DNA of 64,000 nt from Octopus sinensis (Eukaryota). Both the position numbers and the translations under genes were made by a program. The stretch lies in contig NW_021832376.1 of NCBI RefSeq assembly GCF_006345805.1, forward strand, positions 1 through 64,000. Direction: 5' to 3'. The notes beneath the pieces are model-generated. The model worked only from the letters and a program-made list of their open reading frames with translations, was not told the DNA's origin and did not search any database. This document shows positions 61,380 to 64,000 of this stretch, piece after piece; position 1 is the stretch's first letter, and each line of letters opens with the position of its first letter.

Positions 61380-62290
61380 GTGAACAGTAAAAGAGCCGGG
61401 AATACTGTTGGCAATTTTGGGAAGCATGGAATTTTTGAAGGATACTGTGTCCTGACAGCTAACAACTGATGCAGGTAGTTTATTCCAGGCTTCGAAAATT
61501 CCGAGCGTGAAAAAATGTTTCCAAAAGCCACGGATATTGCACTGTTTTTTTTATAGAGGTATTGAATTCCAAAAGGTAGCCCAAAGTTGTTGGAAAGATG
61601 GTGGATAATCTTGTTGGCTTCTTCTAAGTCAGCTGTTAGATGTTGAACTTTCAATGTATTGATGTCCAGACAAGCAATATAAAATAATAATAAATAAATA
61701 ATGAAATTATTGTATACAGTGCTCAGGTGCAGCACAACTTGTCAGAAAGTGCATATAAAGTACATGCAGTAATGTAAAAATGTCTGGAAAGCGAACAATG
61801 TATGAATCAGATACATGCCTGTGTGTGTATGGAGGGGAGAAAGATCAGGTGTGGTGTTGGCGAATCTCAGAGAGCATGGAAGTTTTGAAGGATGCAGTGC
61901 TCCAAAAACTAACAACTGATGCCGGCAGTTTATAGATATGGTGACTGATAGAGAGTATTTGTCTAGATCAGTGCTTTTCAACTAGGGTTCTGCCAGTACA
62001 GTCCAGGGGTTCCGCAAGAAGTTACAAAACTGCTAAAATCGGCAGTAATCTTTAATTCTCCTGTGCAGATATGTGTGCATAAGACTATTGAATTATTGCA
62101 CAGGGGTTCCCCGAGCCAGTGGAATGTTTCCTTGGGGTTCCGCTCCAGCAAAAAGTTTGAAAAGCATTGGTCTAGATGTACGTCTCTGGACAGTTTCCAG
62201 CAGATTGATATTCTGGACAAGGTGGGGGATTCCAGAGTGCAGATGCAGACTCTGTGGACGTACCATAGCCATAAATAGTTTTAAATAGCT
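61380..62290 (-). mobile_element. CR1-clade LINE fragments interrupted by a hAT MITE
   Basis: Matches 48320-48960 and 36638-36895. Confidence 0.75.
61969..62169. mobile_element. hAT (Charlie-like) MITE, 201 bp
   Basis: TIRs CAGTGCTTTTCAACT and AGTTTGAAAAGCATTG. Perfect 8-bp TSD GTCTAGAT (61961-61968 and 62170-62177). Confidence 0.88.
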
Positions 62291-63415
62291 GGTGAGTGGC
62301 TGACAAGAGTCTTATTCAATGTCTGGATCTACCTCAATGTCATAGCAGCCGAGTTAGGCAGGTGCAGCCCACCCCAACCTTTGGGCTGGCTGGTTCCCAT
62401 TCTCCTTTGCTATCATGAGACTTTTTTGGAGCTGGATTTTCTATGGGGAGCATACCCTTGCTTACCCCGAACCCTTAGGGATCAGTAGTCTGAAGACCAA
62501 GGGCTCTACCATGATTTTTAAGAAATGTGGAAAACTAGCACAGCAAGGCAGGGATGCTACTTCCTGAGACCCCTTTCGGAGCTCCCCTACCTAATGGATT
62601 TTTGCTGATTTTTAGAAATGTGGTTCACCCAGTGAAGATCATTGTTGACCAGTAGACTTCCTACAGTTTGTGTTGTGAAGGGGGTAGATAAGTTTGAGGT
62701 TTTTCCTCCCAAAATGTATAGTGGTGCACTGTGTCCAGGTTAGATTGCAGGAAAGATCGATAGAGTATAGGTTCCATTCTGTTTTTGTTTTTTCCTCAAA
62801 GACAGCTTAATGCCTTCTTCATATTTTAACACAAAGATTCTTTGATAAGAGAAAAGATAGGAGAGGAATGCATCTGGACTGCACAACAGACTGAAGGAAA
62901 ATGAAGATGATCATGTGAGGAAAGGAAAGATGGACAATGGTCATGTGTGAGCAACGAGAGAGAGAGTAAAGGAGGAAGAAGGAGAGAGAGATAGACAGAT
63001 AGAAAACAGTGAAGGGGAGAAAAAAGAATTAGAGAAAGCAAAGGGAGAGAGAGAGAGGGGGGAATAGTAAAGGAAAGAGTCACATCAAATATATTAAGAT
63101 ATTGTGCTCGAACACAACAAATTACTTTTACCAAAGGCTGAAACAGCTGTAAATGATTTTAATGATTTCAATAATCTATATTAAAGTTTTTTTAATTGTA
63201 TTCTTATCTTATATGTATTGAATTTTAATGTATATATGTATGTTGTTATGGTTCTCATTTTGTTAAATAAATAAGTTAACATTATAATATCCTAAAGCTG
63301 ATAAACCAACTAAATTGTTTCTCCATTTTCTTATTTGTAATATAAATTATATATATATATATATATGGTCCAACCCATTGCAACATGAAGCGTGGATGTT
63401 AAATGACGCCAATGG

Positions 63416-63447
<32 letters not shown>

Positions 63448-63778
63448 ATATATATATTATATATATATATTCATTCATTCATACTTGTACACACAGGCAA
63501 TATGTGTACTGACACACACAGGCATCATGTGTACACACTGGCAACATTTATACATCCGTACCTACACACACAGGCAAAATGTATACACATTTACACACAT
63601 GCATCCTGTATACATATGTGTAAGCACAAGGTAACATCTATGTGCACCCGTACACATGCAGACAACACATGTCACATATTCGTACACACACTGACAACAC
63701 ACTCATGCACATACACACAATCAAGTTCTTAGCTCTCCCAACCTCATCAATCACCATTCTCCTCTTTCCTTCTGCCAG

Positions 63779-64000
63779 GACATCCTGAATGAGGTTCGGC
63801 ATTTTCTACGTGGCACTGTCTATGATGGTAAAGTGAACAAAGAAAGCCTAGCGAAATCTGCCTTGTTTCTGCTCCGTACACTCCCGGCTGCCAGGCATGC
63901 TGTCCTCGAGCATATGTGTCACGTTTTTGATGAGGCTGTCATGTTACACATTCAGCAGCTTGAACGTTCAGCATCTGGTATTGGTCCAGAACATATAGGT
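63779..64000 (+). CDS. INTS5: Integrator complex subunit 5, second coding exon (runs off the window)
   Basis: Acceptor CCTTCTGCCAG|. DILNEVRHFLRG...SALFLLRTLPAARHAVLEHMCHVFDEAV matches the recalled INTS5 N-terminus (ELSQEIKAFLTG...[27 protein letters not shown]). Confidence 0.9.

Overview
Eukaryotic, AT-rich genomic DNA saturated with repeats. The tRNA-derived SINE families, RTE/CR1 LINE remnants, dense microsatellites and TTAGGG-type repeats point to a coleoid cephalopod, most likely Octopus (inference). Two protein-coding genes are supportable, both on the + strand and both missed by the ORF track because they are split by introns. The first is a C7orf57/DUF5524-like gene with exons at about 23720-23897, 29847-30221 and 32123-32279; a middle exon is needed but was not found. 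The second is the 5' end of INTS5 (exons 60292-60348 and 63779 to the window end). Almost every long ORF in the track is a translation of microsatellite or transposon sequence. The rest is SINEs, RTE, CR1 and HERO-like LINE fragments, Penelope-like pieces, Helitrons, hAT/piggyBac/mariner/Merlin-like MITEs and a 3.8-kb (ATC)-based satellite. The most notable observations are: (1) all hammerhead-ribozyme core motifs, in a non-canonical pseudoknotted order, in the 3' UTR of the HERO-like LINE (368-457); (2) an intact minimal hammerhead plus two decayed relatives in Penelope-like fragments; (3) a Merlin-like transposon carrying a 20-bp-period telomere-like G-tract array; (4) a PHD finger inside an RTE reverse-transcriptase ORF; (5) a TGA and a +1 frameshift in the N-terminal part of the C7orf57-like exon. 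Homology calls come from recalled sequence motifs, not database searches, and many repeat boundaries are approximate.
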